Below, in pieces: positions 9,320 to 17,835 of a stretch of DNA of 32,000 bases (positions are counted from its first letter, which is position 1; each line of letters opens with the position of its first letter). Made by a program: the position numbers and the translations under genes. Origin of the DNA: Opitutales bacterium (GTDB taxonomy: Bacteria > Verrucomicrobiota > Verrucomicrobiia > Opitutales > PNEW01); contig CBDCNV010000001.1 in assembly GCA_965219535.1 (NCBI GenBank), positions 450,001-482,000 on the forward strand. The letters run 5' to 3'. Under the pieces are notes generated by a model. It ran no database searches. It worked only from the letters and a program-made list of their open reading frames with translations, and was not told where the DNA came from.

Positions 9320-9804
9320 TTATTCATCATGCCAGTGAAATATATTCATTTCTCCTTTATATTGCCAATCATTGAAGTTATTTACTAATCCATGACGCAT
9401 TGGATTATTCTGCACATACTCCCACTTTTCTGAATAGCTCTCAGCACTCCGGAGTTGTCGATCCCAATAACTTTTTTGCCATATGGGCTGTACCTCGGGC
9501 TTTGCCCACCTAAAGGAAACATAAGATTTCCAATATTGGATCCATTGCGTCAGAGGTTCCACCATAACCGTTGAAGGAGCACAAAATAAGTGAATATGAT
9601 CTGGTAAAATTACAAAATTACCTACTTTCCAGGATTAGGCTGCATCCCAAACTTGTTGAATTAGGAAAAATGTTTCGTTGTTGGCATATATGTTTTTTTA
9701 CCTTTCGAGCAAACAGTAACAAATACAATATTGGAACGATTAGGAATTTCTAAAACTGGTAGATGAGCAGGATATTTACGTTTTGGGAATTCCTGATAAT
9801 CCAT
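9320..9804 (-). pseudogene. Decayed REP-associated tyrosine transposase (RAYT) / IS200-like Y1 HUH transposase
   Basis: My minus-strand translation gives MDYQEFPKRKYPAHLPVLEIPNRSNIVFVTVCSKGKK, then a frame change, then ANNETFFLIQQVWDAA*SWKVGNFVILPDHIHLFCAP (HUH motif), continuing into the 81-aa ORF ...YWDRQLRSAESYSEKWEYVQNNPMRHGLV (Y1 region). Two lesions: a frameshift that restoring one A in the A7 run (T7 on + strand, 9693-9699) would fix, and an in-frame TAA at 9635-9637. Confidence 0.7.
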
Positions 9805-9851
9805 TAATATTAAATACGGTTATAATAGTATTTAAATTAATTCCTATGGAG

Positions 9852-9871
9852 GGCCACGCGTCGTCGTGGCC
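9852..9871. repeat. GC-rich hairpin GGCCACG-CGTCGT-CGTGGCC, 48 nt upstream of the RAYT-like pseudogene
   Basis: Perfect 7-bp stem with a 6-nt loop, read directly from the sequence. It stands out in an AT-rich spacer. Confidence 0.5.
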
Positions 9872-9947
9872 GTGAAAAATGTCGTTTATATTTTATGCTT
9901 TTGTAAGATGTTGTCCTTCAGTCGGGATTCTAAAGTGGCATTCTTTT

Positions 9948-9968
9948 CAATCGACAATCGACAATTGC
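9948..9968. repeat. Heptamer array, 3 units, upstream of the RND adaptor gene
   Basis: CAATCGA CAATCGA CAATTGC, 52 nt before ATG 10020. Confidence 0.75.
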
Positions 9969-10019
9969 ACTTTGTTATTGGAAACATTCCCAATTTATAG
10001 CGTTCTAAATTATATCATC

Positions 10020-11117
10020 ATGGAACTTTTTGTATTAGCTCGTAGGTGGTTATTTGCGGCGCTATGCTCAATAGGGTTTTTGGTTTCTTTATCTGGCTGC
10101 GGGAATAGTGAAGGGGAAGATCAGCCCCCGGAATTCGCAGTAAATGTTATAGTTGTAGAATCCAAGTTAAAACCAGTTTCCGATAAGATCAATCTTGTCG
10201 CTACGCTTGCGCCCAATGAGCGGGTAGAAATACAGAACTTAATCAGTGGGGTGGTTACAGTTATACATTTTAAAGAGGGTGAAAGAGTTGAAGCAGGTGA
10301 TTTGATTTTTGAATTGGATACCCAAAAGTTGCGGGCTCGGGTAGCTGAAGCAGAAGGTACTTTTGAACTCGCTGAAATAAATCGTGAGCGATACATCAAA
10401 CTTCTCGAGAGCAATACAGTATCTCAACAGGAATTTGATCAGGCGATGTCCAGATATTCTGTTTTAAGCGCGACGCTCGCACTACGCCGTCGTCAACTGG
10501 ATGACAGCATATTACGCGCTCCATTTTCGGGAGTAGTTGGCTATCGGCGGGTGAGTCCAGGTCAGTTTATCCAGCAAGGTGAGACGATAACTACTCTTGT
10601 CGATACCAATCCTATCAAGGCTGATTTTCAAGTGCCAGAACGTTTCCTGGGCGAATTAAGGATAAATCAGGAGATAAATATCACCGTTCCCGCTTACCCT
10701 ATGGAAAAATTTTCTGGAAATGTCTATTTTATAGCTCCTGAGGTGGCGCAAGAAACGCGCACCGTCTTTGTTCGCGCCACTATCGATAATACAAGTGAGC
10801 GTCTTAAACCAGGGATGTTTGGCAATCTTGAGCTTGTCCTGCAGGTAAAAGAAAAAGCACTTGTCATACCGGAGTCAGCGTTGATTACACAGGGTAATAA
10901 GATACAGGTAATGGTCGTAGGTAGCGACAATACGGTGCAGGTAAATTATGTTACTACTGGTTTGCGACTTGAAGGTGAAGTAGAGATTACGGACGGATTA
11001 AATATCGGTGAAAGAGTTATCACCGAGGGGCATCAGAAAGTTGAGTCCGGGTCCAAGGTAAATCCCTTATCTGTGGAAGCCGGCCGGCCTTCTTTGTCTG
11101 CCTACATTGATGGATAA
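10020..11117 (+). CDS. RND efflux periplasmic adaptor (membrane fusion protein, HlyD family), lipoprotein
   Basis: From ATG 10020 there is a signal peptide with lipobox LVSLSGC, followed by barrel-sandwich/coiled-coil content (GDLIFELDTQKLRARVAEAEG..., LRAPFSGVVG, KPGMFGNLELV). The ORF track start at 9879 adds 47 non-signal residues that overlap a repeat array. Confidence 0.85.
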   Translation: MELFVLARRWLFAALCSIGFLVSLSGCGNSEGEDQPPEFAVNVIVVESKLKPVSDKINLVATLAPNERVEIQNLISGVVTVIHFKEGERVEAGDLIFELDTQKLRARVAEAEGTFELAEINRERYIKLLESNTVSQQEFDQAMSRYSVLSATLALRRRQLDDSILRAPFSGVVGYRRVSPGQFIQQGETITTLVDTNPIKADFQVPERFLGELRINQEINITVPAYPMEKFSGNVYFIAPEVAQETRTVFVRATIDNTSERLKPGMFGNLELVLQVKEKALVIPESALITQGNKIQVMVVGSDNTVQVNYVTTGLRLEGEVEITDGLNIGERVITEGHQKVESGSKVNPLSVEAGRPSLSAYIDG

Positions 11118-11130
11118 TAAAATAATTTGC

Positions 11131-11195
11131 GATTGTCGAAATGCGATTGTCAATTGATAGGATACAGGATGCACGATGCAGGATTCATGATCCAT
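11131..11195. repeat. Two blocks with 7-nt periodicity in the adaptor-pump spacer
   Basis: Block 1: GATTGTC GAAATGC GATTGTC (11131-11151). Block 2, after a 9-nt phase break: GATACAG GATGCAC GATGCAG GATTCAT GATCCAT (11161-11195). Confidence 0.7.
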
Positions 11196-11273
11196 ATTGT
11201 ATTACCTCGCGACTACCTGCAGGCATAGTTCCTCGATTGCGAGCCAGCGACTGGTGGCTAACTTGGTATATAA

Positions 11274-14200
11274 ATGAAGCTACCTGAAATATGCATTAGG
11301 CGGCCTGTGCTTGCATCGATGATGAGCCTTGGGCTCATCCTTTTTGGGTTGATTGGAATCAGCCGATTGCCGGTACGCGAATTGCCTGACATCGATCCAC
11401 CTATTGTCAATGTTAACACTATTTATCCCGGTGCAAGTGCGGAAGTGGTGGAGACGGAGATCACGGAAAGACTGGAAGAAGTAATCAATACGATTGAAGG
11501 GATCAAAACGCTCACGAGTGAAAGTCGCGAGCAGGTGAGCAGTATTACAGTTCAATTTGTCCTTGCGCGTGATATTGACCTTGCCGCTCAGGATGTTCGG
11601 GATCGCGTTGCGCGCGCGCGCGAAGATCTCCCCGAGGAAATTAATGAACCCATAGTCGCCAAGCAGGATGGTGATGCCCGGCCATTCTTATGGATAGCCT
11701 TATACGGTGAACGTTATTCTACCTTGAAACTCTCCGATATTGGTGAAGAGATCCTCAAGGATCCCCTGCAAACTATTCGCGGGGTCAGTAATGTCATTCT
11801 CGGAGGAGAAAAACGCTTCGCCATTCGATTCTGGCTCGACTCCAATAAAATGACCGCCCATGGCATTACGGTCCTGGATGTCGAAGCCGCGCTCCGAAGT
11901 CAGAATCTGGAATTGCCCAGTGGTCGCGTTGAAAACCGCGAGCGTGAATTGGCCATTCAGACGCTGGGTGAGTTAAAAACGGTCGATGAATTTAACCGCC
12001 TTGTTATCCGTGAAGACGGCGATAACCTTATTCGCTTGCAAGACATCGGATACGCCCAAGTGGGAGTGGAAGATGAGCGCTCTGTCGCCCGTTACAATTC
12101 TAAGCCCGCGGTTGGCTTGGGTGTCGTCAAGCAGTCCAAAGCTAATACCATCGATGTGGCTAAGGGGATTAAAGCAGAGCTGGAACGACTTAAGCCTTGG
12201 ATCCCCGATGGCGTGGAATTTTTTATCGCTTACGACGAAAGTACCTTTGTGGAGAAAGCGATCGAGGAAGTATGGAGAACGCTTTTCATCGCTTTCATTC
12301 TCGTCGTCATCACTATATTTATCTTTCTGCGGAATGTGCGTTCCACGATTATCCCAAGTGTCGCCATTCCCGTGGCTGTAACGGGCGTCTTTGCCGTCCT
12401 CTACCTCCTTGGTTACTCTATTAACATTGTGACTATGATGGCAATGGTTTTGACGATTGGTGTTGTCGTCGATGATTCTATCGTCGTCCTGGAAAACATT
12501 TATCGTCATGTCGAAGAAGGGCAAAAGCCCATGCAGGCGGCAATCGAAGGTATGAAGGAAATTGTTTTCGCGGTAATCGCCACCACAGTTGCATTGGTGG
12601 CAGTATTTTTACCGATGGCATTTCAGACTAGTCTCACCGGGCGGCTTTTTATTGAATTTGCAATTGCCCTTGCGGGTGCAGTTATCATTTCCTCTTTCGT
12701 TGCGCTCACTTTAACCCCCATGATCTCTGCGCGTGTGCTTCGGCCGGTGAATAATGAAAAGCACGGGGTGTTATTTAAATTGTTCGAACGTTGGATAAAC
12801 AAGCTATCAAGGTATTATGAGCGTGCTCTCGCATGGTCGCTTAACCATCGACCGACTATCATAGTGGCAAGTTTAATCGTGGTAGGTTTGAGCGGTTTAA
12901 TTTTCCAACAACTGGAACGGGACTTTCTCCCGCAGGAAGATAAGGGAAGATTATTCTGTCTCGCTATTGCTCCCGAGGGCTCAACCAGTGAATACACTGA
13001 CCGTATGGTGCGGCAGATGGAAGTCATCATGCATGAAACGCCCGGGGTAGGGGGATTCTTTTCAGCAGTCGCCCTCGGTCGGGGTGGACCAGGCAAGGCG
13101 TCACAGGGTTTAATGTTTGTCCGTTTCCTGGACCGAAAAGACCGCGATCTTTCGGTCCAGGATATTGTCGAAGGTCCGAACGGTGTGGGAGCGCGTTTCT
13201 TCAACGAAGTTGAGGGGGCAATCTCGATCCCCATCTTGCCGAAGGCTATCGGGGGAGGGTGGGGACAATCCTTTCAGTTAGTCTTGCAACACGATGATCT
13301 TAATGTGCTCAGCAATTACTCTTTTGAATTAGCTAACCGACTGCGAAAAGAAGGATTTCTAGCCAATGTGCGGTCTCAGTTCCAGCTCGATAAGCCTGAG
13401 TTGCGAATAAATATCGACCGTAACCGCGCCGGTGTACTCGGTGTCTCGATCAGGGATCTTTCGCGCACGCTGCAAATTCTCTTTGGTGGGCAAGATCTCA
13501 GCCAGGTGCAGCGTGGGGGTAAGGAATACGATGTTATCGTTCAGCTGGACCGCGAATCGAGACTCACTCCGTCCGACATCGAGCGCCTTTACATTCGCAA
13601 TACTGAAGGAGAGCTTATTCAACTGAGCAATGTTGTTAATCTCCAACCTGGTGGTGGACCCAATACCATCTATCACTACAATCGCAGTCGGTCTGCTACG
13701 GTAGAAGGCACCCCGATGGGCATACCTCTCGGCACCGCCATAGACCGTGCGATGGCCATTGCGGATGAAACGATGCCTGACGGGTTTCGTTACACCTGGG
13801 CGGGTGACGCGAAAAACATGAAGGAATCGACGGCTAATATCTATTGGATCATGGTACTTGCGCTAATTGTTGTCTTCATGGTACTCGCAGCGCAGTTTGA
13901 AAGTATTCTCCACCCGCTTACGGTTATAGTGGCCGTTCCACTTGCCGCCTTTGGCGCTTTTGGTGCTCTCTACCTGCTTGGCTGGGTAAATCATTTTGGA
14001 GAGATGTTTTTTGGCTGGGCCAATTACGCACCCGATCCACCCGGTTTCGCGAAAATAATGACGAATATAATTCCGAGAATCCCCGCGATGAATATAAATC
14101 TCTTCAGTCAGATCGGGTTTCTCCTCCTCATCGCTCTCGCGACAAAGAACTCTATTCTTCTCGTCGAGTTTGCCAATCAGCAGATGGCCAAGGGTAAGGA

Positions 14201-14519
14201 CGCAATGGAAGCGATAAAGATATCCGGCAAAATCCGCTTTCGGCCGATCCTCATGACTACTTTTTCTACGATTGCCGGTATTCTTCCGATTGCCATTGGA
14301 TTTGGAGCGGGCGCGGAAAGCCGTCGACCCCTCGGTGTAGTTGCCGTAGGAGGTCTCATAACAAGCACAATATTCACGCTCCTCGTCGTTCCCGTAGTCT
14401 ACTCTCTCTTCGGTGAACTGACCCGGAAATTACGCAGTCGCTCTGATGAAGAAATTCCGCAAAAAGTAACCGGTGGTACCGTGCCCTCGGTTTCTACCCC
14501 GGAGTCTAAAGAGAACTGA
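11274..14519 (+). CDS. RND efflux pump inner-membrane permease (AcrB/HAE1-like)
   Basis: 1081 aa. N-terminal IRRPVLASMMSLGLILFGLIGISRLPVRELPDIDPP, 12-TM architecture with two large periplasmic loops, and conserved VVDDSIVVLENI and NSILLVEFAN motifs. Confidence 0.9.
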   Translation: MKLPEICIRRPVLASMMSLGLILFGLIGISRLPVRELPDIDPPIVNVNTIYPGASAEVVETEITERLEEVINTIEGIKTLTSESREQVSSITVQFVLARDIDLAAQDVRDRVARAREDLPEEINEPIVAKQDGDARPFLWIALYGERYSTLKLSDIGEEILKDPLQTIRGVSNVILGGEKRFAIRFWLDSNKMTAHGITVLDVEAALRSQNLELPSGRVENRERELAIQTLGELKTVDEFNRLVIREDGDNLIRLQDIGYAQVGVEDERSVARYNSKPAVGLGVVKQSKANTIDVAKGIKAELERLKPWIPDGVEFFIAYDESTFVEKAIEEVWRTLFIAFILVVITIFIFLRNVRSTIIPSVAIPVAVTGVFAVLYLLGYSINIVTMMAMVLTIGVVVDDSIVVLENIYRHVEEGQKPMQAAIEGMKEIVFAVIATTVALVAVFLPMAFQTSLTGRLFIEFAIALAGAVIISSFVALTLTPMISARVLRPVNNEKHGVLFKLFERWINKLSRYYERALAWSLNHRPTIIVASLIVVGLSGLIFQQLERDFLPQEDKGRLFCLAIAPEGSTSEYTDRMVRQMEVIMHETPGVGGFFSAVALGRGGPGKASQGLMFVRFLDRKDRDLSVQDIVEGPNGVGARFFNEVEGAISIPILPKAIGGGWGQSFQLVLQHDDLNVLSNYSFELANRLRKEGFLANVRSQFQLDKPELRINIDRNRAGVLGVSIRDLSRTLQILFGGQDLSQVQRGGKEYDVIVQLDRESRLTPSDIERLYIRNTEGELIQLSNVVNLQPGGGPNTIYHYNRSRSATVEGTPMGIPLGTAIDRAMAIADETMPDGFRYTWAGDAKNMKESTANIYWIMVLALIVVFMVLAAQFESILHPLTVIVAVPLAAFGAFGALYLLGWVNHFGEMFFGWANYAPDPPGFAKIMTNIIPRIPAMNINLFSQIGFLLLIALATKNSILLVEFANQQMAKGKDAMEAIKISGKIRFRPILMTTFSTIAGILPIAIGFGAGAESRRPLGVVAVGGLITSTIFTLLVVPVVYSLFGELTRKLRSRSDEEIPQKVTGGTVPSVSTPESKEN

Positions 14520-14520
14520 T

Positions 14521-14548
14521 TCGATTGCCGATTCAATCGATATTTTTG
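14521..14548 (+). terminator. Minimal heptamer hairpin plus T-run between convergent RND pump and TPR genes
   Basis: TCGATTG (14521-14527) / CAATCGA (14534-14540) form a 7-bp perfect stem with loop CCGATT, followed by TATTTTTG. It starts 2 nt after the pump stop and overlaps the TPR gene stop codon at 14533-14535. Confidence 0.55.
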
Positions 14549-16035
14549 AATTTCAGGCTGTCGATAATCTCTTCCATCCAGGATGCTGATTCTTTAAATT
14601 TATCAATTCCTTCATCCGGGTAAAAATTAAAGACCACCCAAATCATCTGGTTGCCAAGATATATCATATATTTTCTCACTGAGTACTGACCTTTTTTATC
14701 TTTTCCCGATGACTGTTTAAAATAATCTACGTATCCGGCTGGGTATTTATAGTCTTTTAAGAAATTCTTATGAATGGAAAACGTTCCCGAGGGGGTACCG
14801 GTAAATTTCGGATTCTCGAAAAGCATTTTAAATCTTTCATGGGTGACAGCTTTCTTATCACGATCCTGACCTGGGGGTACCATTATCGCGATACTGTCGC
14901 AGTAAGTAGAAGGATACTCCCAGAATACCTGTAAAGTATTTGCTCTTGTCGATTCTTTAGCTACCCATCCATTCGGGTAGTCGAGGGTAAAATTCAATTC
15001 ACCTGCTTTCTTATGTCCCTGACTATTAAAGGTATTAAAACCGGGTTCATGAGTAAAAAAATCAAGCGTCGATTGTGCTTTTTTCTTAAACATCCTTATC
15101 TCATTTGTCATCACTTTTAAATCCCCCGATTCTGTCAATTCAAGAAGGACTTCCAGTTCTCTTTTCGCTTCGTGATATTTTTTCTGCAAGGTCAACGCCT
15201 GGCCAAGATGCATCTGAATACGAATGGTCGCGTCGATTACCGCGTTTTTATCTATTATATTGTTAAGTTCATTTATGTTGGGTAGGGCGGCTCTGGCTTC
15301 ATTCAATATCTCTATTGCTTCCGATAATTTACCAACCCTCACATAGGCATCTCCCATGCGTGCCAATATTGGCGGATTGCCCGAAGTTTGATTAATATAT
15401 CTCTCATAGTATTTAATCGCCTCCTCAAAATTCCCTGAATTAAAATGCAGATCTGCCACATTTCCGATCGCAGTAAGATTTTCCGGGTTTCCAGCGATGG
15501 CTTTTTCGTAATAATAAAGTGCATTATCGATGTACTTTTTAGTTAGTTGTTCATTCAGGTTTCCCTGCTCCGATAGATTTTTATAACACCAGGCGAGACC
15601 TGAATAGAGTTCTGGCGCTGTATTTCCAAGACGTTCACTTTCACCATAGGCATTGAGCGTTTCAATCGTTCGGCCCGGTATCCTGGCTAACGCGTTCCCC
15701 TTCATTAGAAAGGCAAATGCGAAACTCGGATTGAGTTTGATGATTTCATCAAATTGTTCTATCGCTTTCTCGTATTGGTAGATTCCCATATAGATGTCTC
15801 CTAATAATCCCCGCAACCGCATTATTTCTACCTCTACTTCAGGTGTTGCACTGGAGGATGACCGAACGGCAATTTCATGTTCCAGGAGCCCCACTGCCTC
15901 ATTGTGCTGGCCGTTCATCATCAGTTGTTGTGATCCCTGGATTATCCCATCAATCGTTGTGCCGTTAGCACCTGAAAGATTTAATGCTGAGATTAATAAA
16001 ATGATGGCTATGCTTCCACTGAGTATATTTTTCAT
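14533..16035 (-). CDS. Secreted TPR-repeat protein with an uncharacterised C-terminal domain
   Basis: 500 aa. N-terminal signal peptide (MKNILSGSIAIILLISALNLSGA). Multiple TPR-like units in residues about 40-330 (YEKAIEQFDEIIKLNP, EEAIKYYERYI, AIEILNEA). The last 170 aa or so have no motif I recognise. Confidence 0.7.
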   Translation of the reverse strand: MKNILSGSIAIILLISALNLSGANGTTIDGIIQGSQQLMMNGQHNEAVGLLEHEIAVRSSSSATPEVEVEIMRLRGLLGDIYMGIYQYEKAIEQFDEIIKLNPSFAFAFLMKGNALARIPGRTIETLNAYGESERLGNTAPELYSGLAWCYKNLSEQGNLNEQLTKKYIDNALYYYEKAIAGNPENLTAIGNVADLHFNSGNFEEAIKYYERYINQTSGNPPILARMGDAYVRVGKLSEAIEILNEARAALPNINELNNIIDKNAVIDATIRIQMHLGQALTLQKKYHEAKRELEVLLELTESGDLKVMTNEIRMFKKKAQSTLDFFTHEPGFNTFNSQGHKKAGELNFTLDYPNGWVAKESTRANTLQVFWEYPSTYCDSIAIMVPPGQDRDKKAVTHERFKMLFENPKFTGTPSGTFSIHKNFLKDYKYPAGYVDYFKQSSGKDKKGQYSVRKYMIYLGNQMIWVVFNFYPDEGIDKFKESASWMEEIIDSLKFKNID

Positions 16036-16090
16036 GATGATTTCTGCTTCTATGAAAATTTCGGTTTGAATGAAGGATATTCCAACATTG

Positions 16091-17626
16091 TCAAAGGTGT
16101 TTTTCCACCGTTTGGGTTAACGAACTGAATTCATCTTTTAATGCGGGGTACAAGCTGCGATAGTGCGGATAAAAATCATCGTATACTTTTTTATCAGGTC
16201 CGGGTTGAGATTCGCCTGTTATCTTTATTGTCTTTTCGCAGGCGTCTTCCACCGAGTTATAAACTCCGGTCCCTACTCCCGCCAACAATGCTGCCCCATA
16301 GGCTGCCCCTTCCGTAGCGTTGACCGTGACGATCTGTGAATCAAAATTATCCGCCAGGAGCTGCAGCCAAAATTTACTTTTGGCTCCACCGCCAGCGGCG
16401 CGTACCTGACTCGGTTTTATCCCTAAATTACGCATGAGTTCAAATCCGTCCCGGAGACCATAAGTAACCCCCTCGAGCACCGCACGGGTCATATGGGCTT
16501 TACTGTGACGGAGCGTGAGACCGACGAAAGCACCTTTGGCATCCGGGTCTGGATAAGGTGTGCGTTCACCAGTAAGATAAGGTAAAAAGAGAAGCCCCTC
16601 TGATCCTGCTGCGACTTCCGAAGCTCTTTCCGTAAGCATGTCATAGGCGTCAACTCCGGTTTCCTCTTCAAGTGTCTTCTCTTCACTTCCCAATGTATTG
16701 CGAAACCATTGAAAACTTCCTGCTGCTGATAGCATCACACCCATGAGGTGCCACTTACCGGGTACTGCGTGGCAAAATGCATGCAATCGACCTTCGGGCT
16801 CGACCAAATATTTGTCCGAATGGGCAAAGATGACTCCCGAGGTCCCAAGCGTAGCTGAGACAACCCCATCCTTTACGATACCGCAGCCGATTGCTCCAGC
16901 TGCCTGATCACCGCCGCCGGCAATTATCGGCGTGCCCTCCAACAAACCGGTTATCTTTGCGGCTTCTGTATTTATTCGGCTCGAAGCAACGGGAGATTCC
17001 GTAACTTCAGGCAGCCAGTCCCGAGAAATTTCACAGCCGGACAACATCTCATCCGACCACTGACGCTTGGATACATCGAGGAGCGACATTCCGGATGCAT
17101 CGGAGACATCGGTATAGAACTCCCCTGAGAGCAGGTAGCGAATATAATCCTTAGGTAACAGAACCTTGGCGACCTCAGCATAGACTTCAGGCTCGTTTTC
17201 TCTCACCCATAATATTTTTGGCGCGGTGAAACCCGCAAGGACAGGATTTCCTGTGAGCTCGAGCACTTTGGCCGCTCCTATTCTTTTCGTAATTGAATCA
17301 CACTGTGACGCCGATCGCTGATCATTCCACATGATGCAAGGGCGAAGTACCTTTCCACGCTTATCGAGAAGCACCAAGCCGTGCATTTGACCAGTAAGAC
17401 CAAGACCGGCGATATCAGCTGAATGAATATTCTGTTCCTCTAATAGATGTTTAATCGCCTGAATCGTGGCCTGCCACCAATCATCAGGTTCAGATTCCGC
17501 CCATAATGGCTTAGGAGTAGAAAAATCGTACTCCGGTGCTACTTTGCTTTTTACTTCACCCGATTCATTAATAAGCACCGCTTTGGCACTCGATGTGCCG
17601 ATATCAATCCCGATTAAATAAGGCAT
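16091..17626 (-). CDS. xylB: Xylulokinase (FGGY family)
   Basis: 511 aa. IGIDIGTSSAKAVL, GLTGQMHGLVLLD, LRPCIMWNDQR, FTAPKILWVRENEPEVY, LLPKDYIRYLLSGEF, LPYLTGERTP and GGGAKS align by eye with E. coli XylB along the full length. Confidence 0.9.
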   Translation of the reverse strand: MPYLIGIDIGTSSAKAVLINESGEVKSKVAPEYDFSTPKPLWAESEPDDWWQATIQAIKHLLEEQNIHSADIAGLGLTGQMHGLVLLDKRGKVLRPCIMWNDQRSASQCDSITKRIGAAKVLELTGNPVLAGFTAPKILWVRENEPEVYAEVAKVLLPKDYIRYLLSGEFYTDVSDASGMSLLDVSKRQWSDEMLSGCEISRDWLPEVTESPVASSRINTEAAKITGLLEGTPIIAGGGDQAAGAIGCGIVKDGVVSATLGTSGVIFAHSDKYLVEPEGRLHAFCHAVPGKWHLMGVMLSAAGSFQWFRNTLGSEEKTLEEETGVDAYDMLTERASEVAAGSEGLLFLPYLTGERTPYPDPDAKGAFVGLTLRHSKAHMTRAVLEGVTYGLRDGFELMRNLGIKPSQVRAAGGGAKSKFWLQLLADNFDSQIVTVNATEGAAYGAALLAGVGTGVYNSVEDACEKTIKITGESQPGPDKKVYDDFYPHYRSLYPALKDEFSSLTQTVEKHL

Positions 17627-17632
17627 AGGTAT

Positions 17633-17688
17633 GATTGTCGATTTTCGATCGCCGATTGTCGATTGTCGATTGTTGAATTAGGATTCGC
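17633..17688. repeat. Heptamer array, 8 units, abutting the xylB start codon
   Basis: GATTGTC GATTTTC GATCGCC GATTGTC GATTGTC GATTGTT GAATTAG GATTCGC in perfect phase. The xylB ATG (minus strand) ends at 17626, 6 nt away. Confidence 0.85.
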
Positions 17689-17800
17689 TGCTTGTCGGCT
17701 GTAGTCCCACTACCTCAGGTAATATAGCACGTGATGACGCGCATCCCTCATTTAGAAATAACAGTATTCATAATATCATTCGACTACCGAGAGGAAAGTT

Positions 17801-17835
17801 CGACATTCGTCATTCGGCAATCGGAAATCGGAAAT
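17801..17835. repeat. Heptamer array, 5 units, inverted partner of 17633-17688, overlapping the GT1 3' end
   Basis: CGACATT CGTCATT CGGCAAT CGGAAAT CGGAAAT. The reverse complement of 17809-17829 matches 17640-17660 at 17 of 21 positions. The array encodes the GT1 tail ...NFRFPIAE and its stop codon. Confidence 0.8.

Noticed and set aside
9571-9753. 60-aa plus-strand ORF
   Set aside because: It is antisense to the N-terminal half of the RAYT-like pseudogene, whose HUH/Y1 motifs explain this region.
9879-10019. N-terminal 47 codons of the track's 412-aa adaptor ORF
   Set aside because: They are read through the CAATCGA heptad array and are unlike any signal sequence. A proper signal peptide with a lipobox (LSGC) begins at ATG 10020.
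11973-12524. 183-aa minus-strand ORF (and similar antisense ORFs at 12815-13234, 13359-13676 and 20478-20951)
   Set aside because: They are embedded antisense within the strongly supported RND pump and dnaE genes and have low-complexity, compositionally skewed translations. These are typical shadow ORFs.
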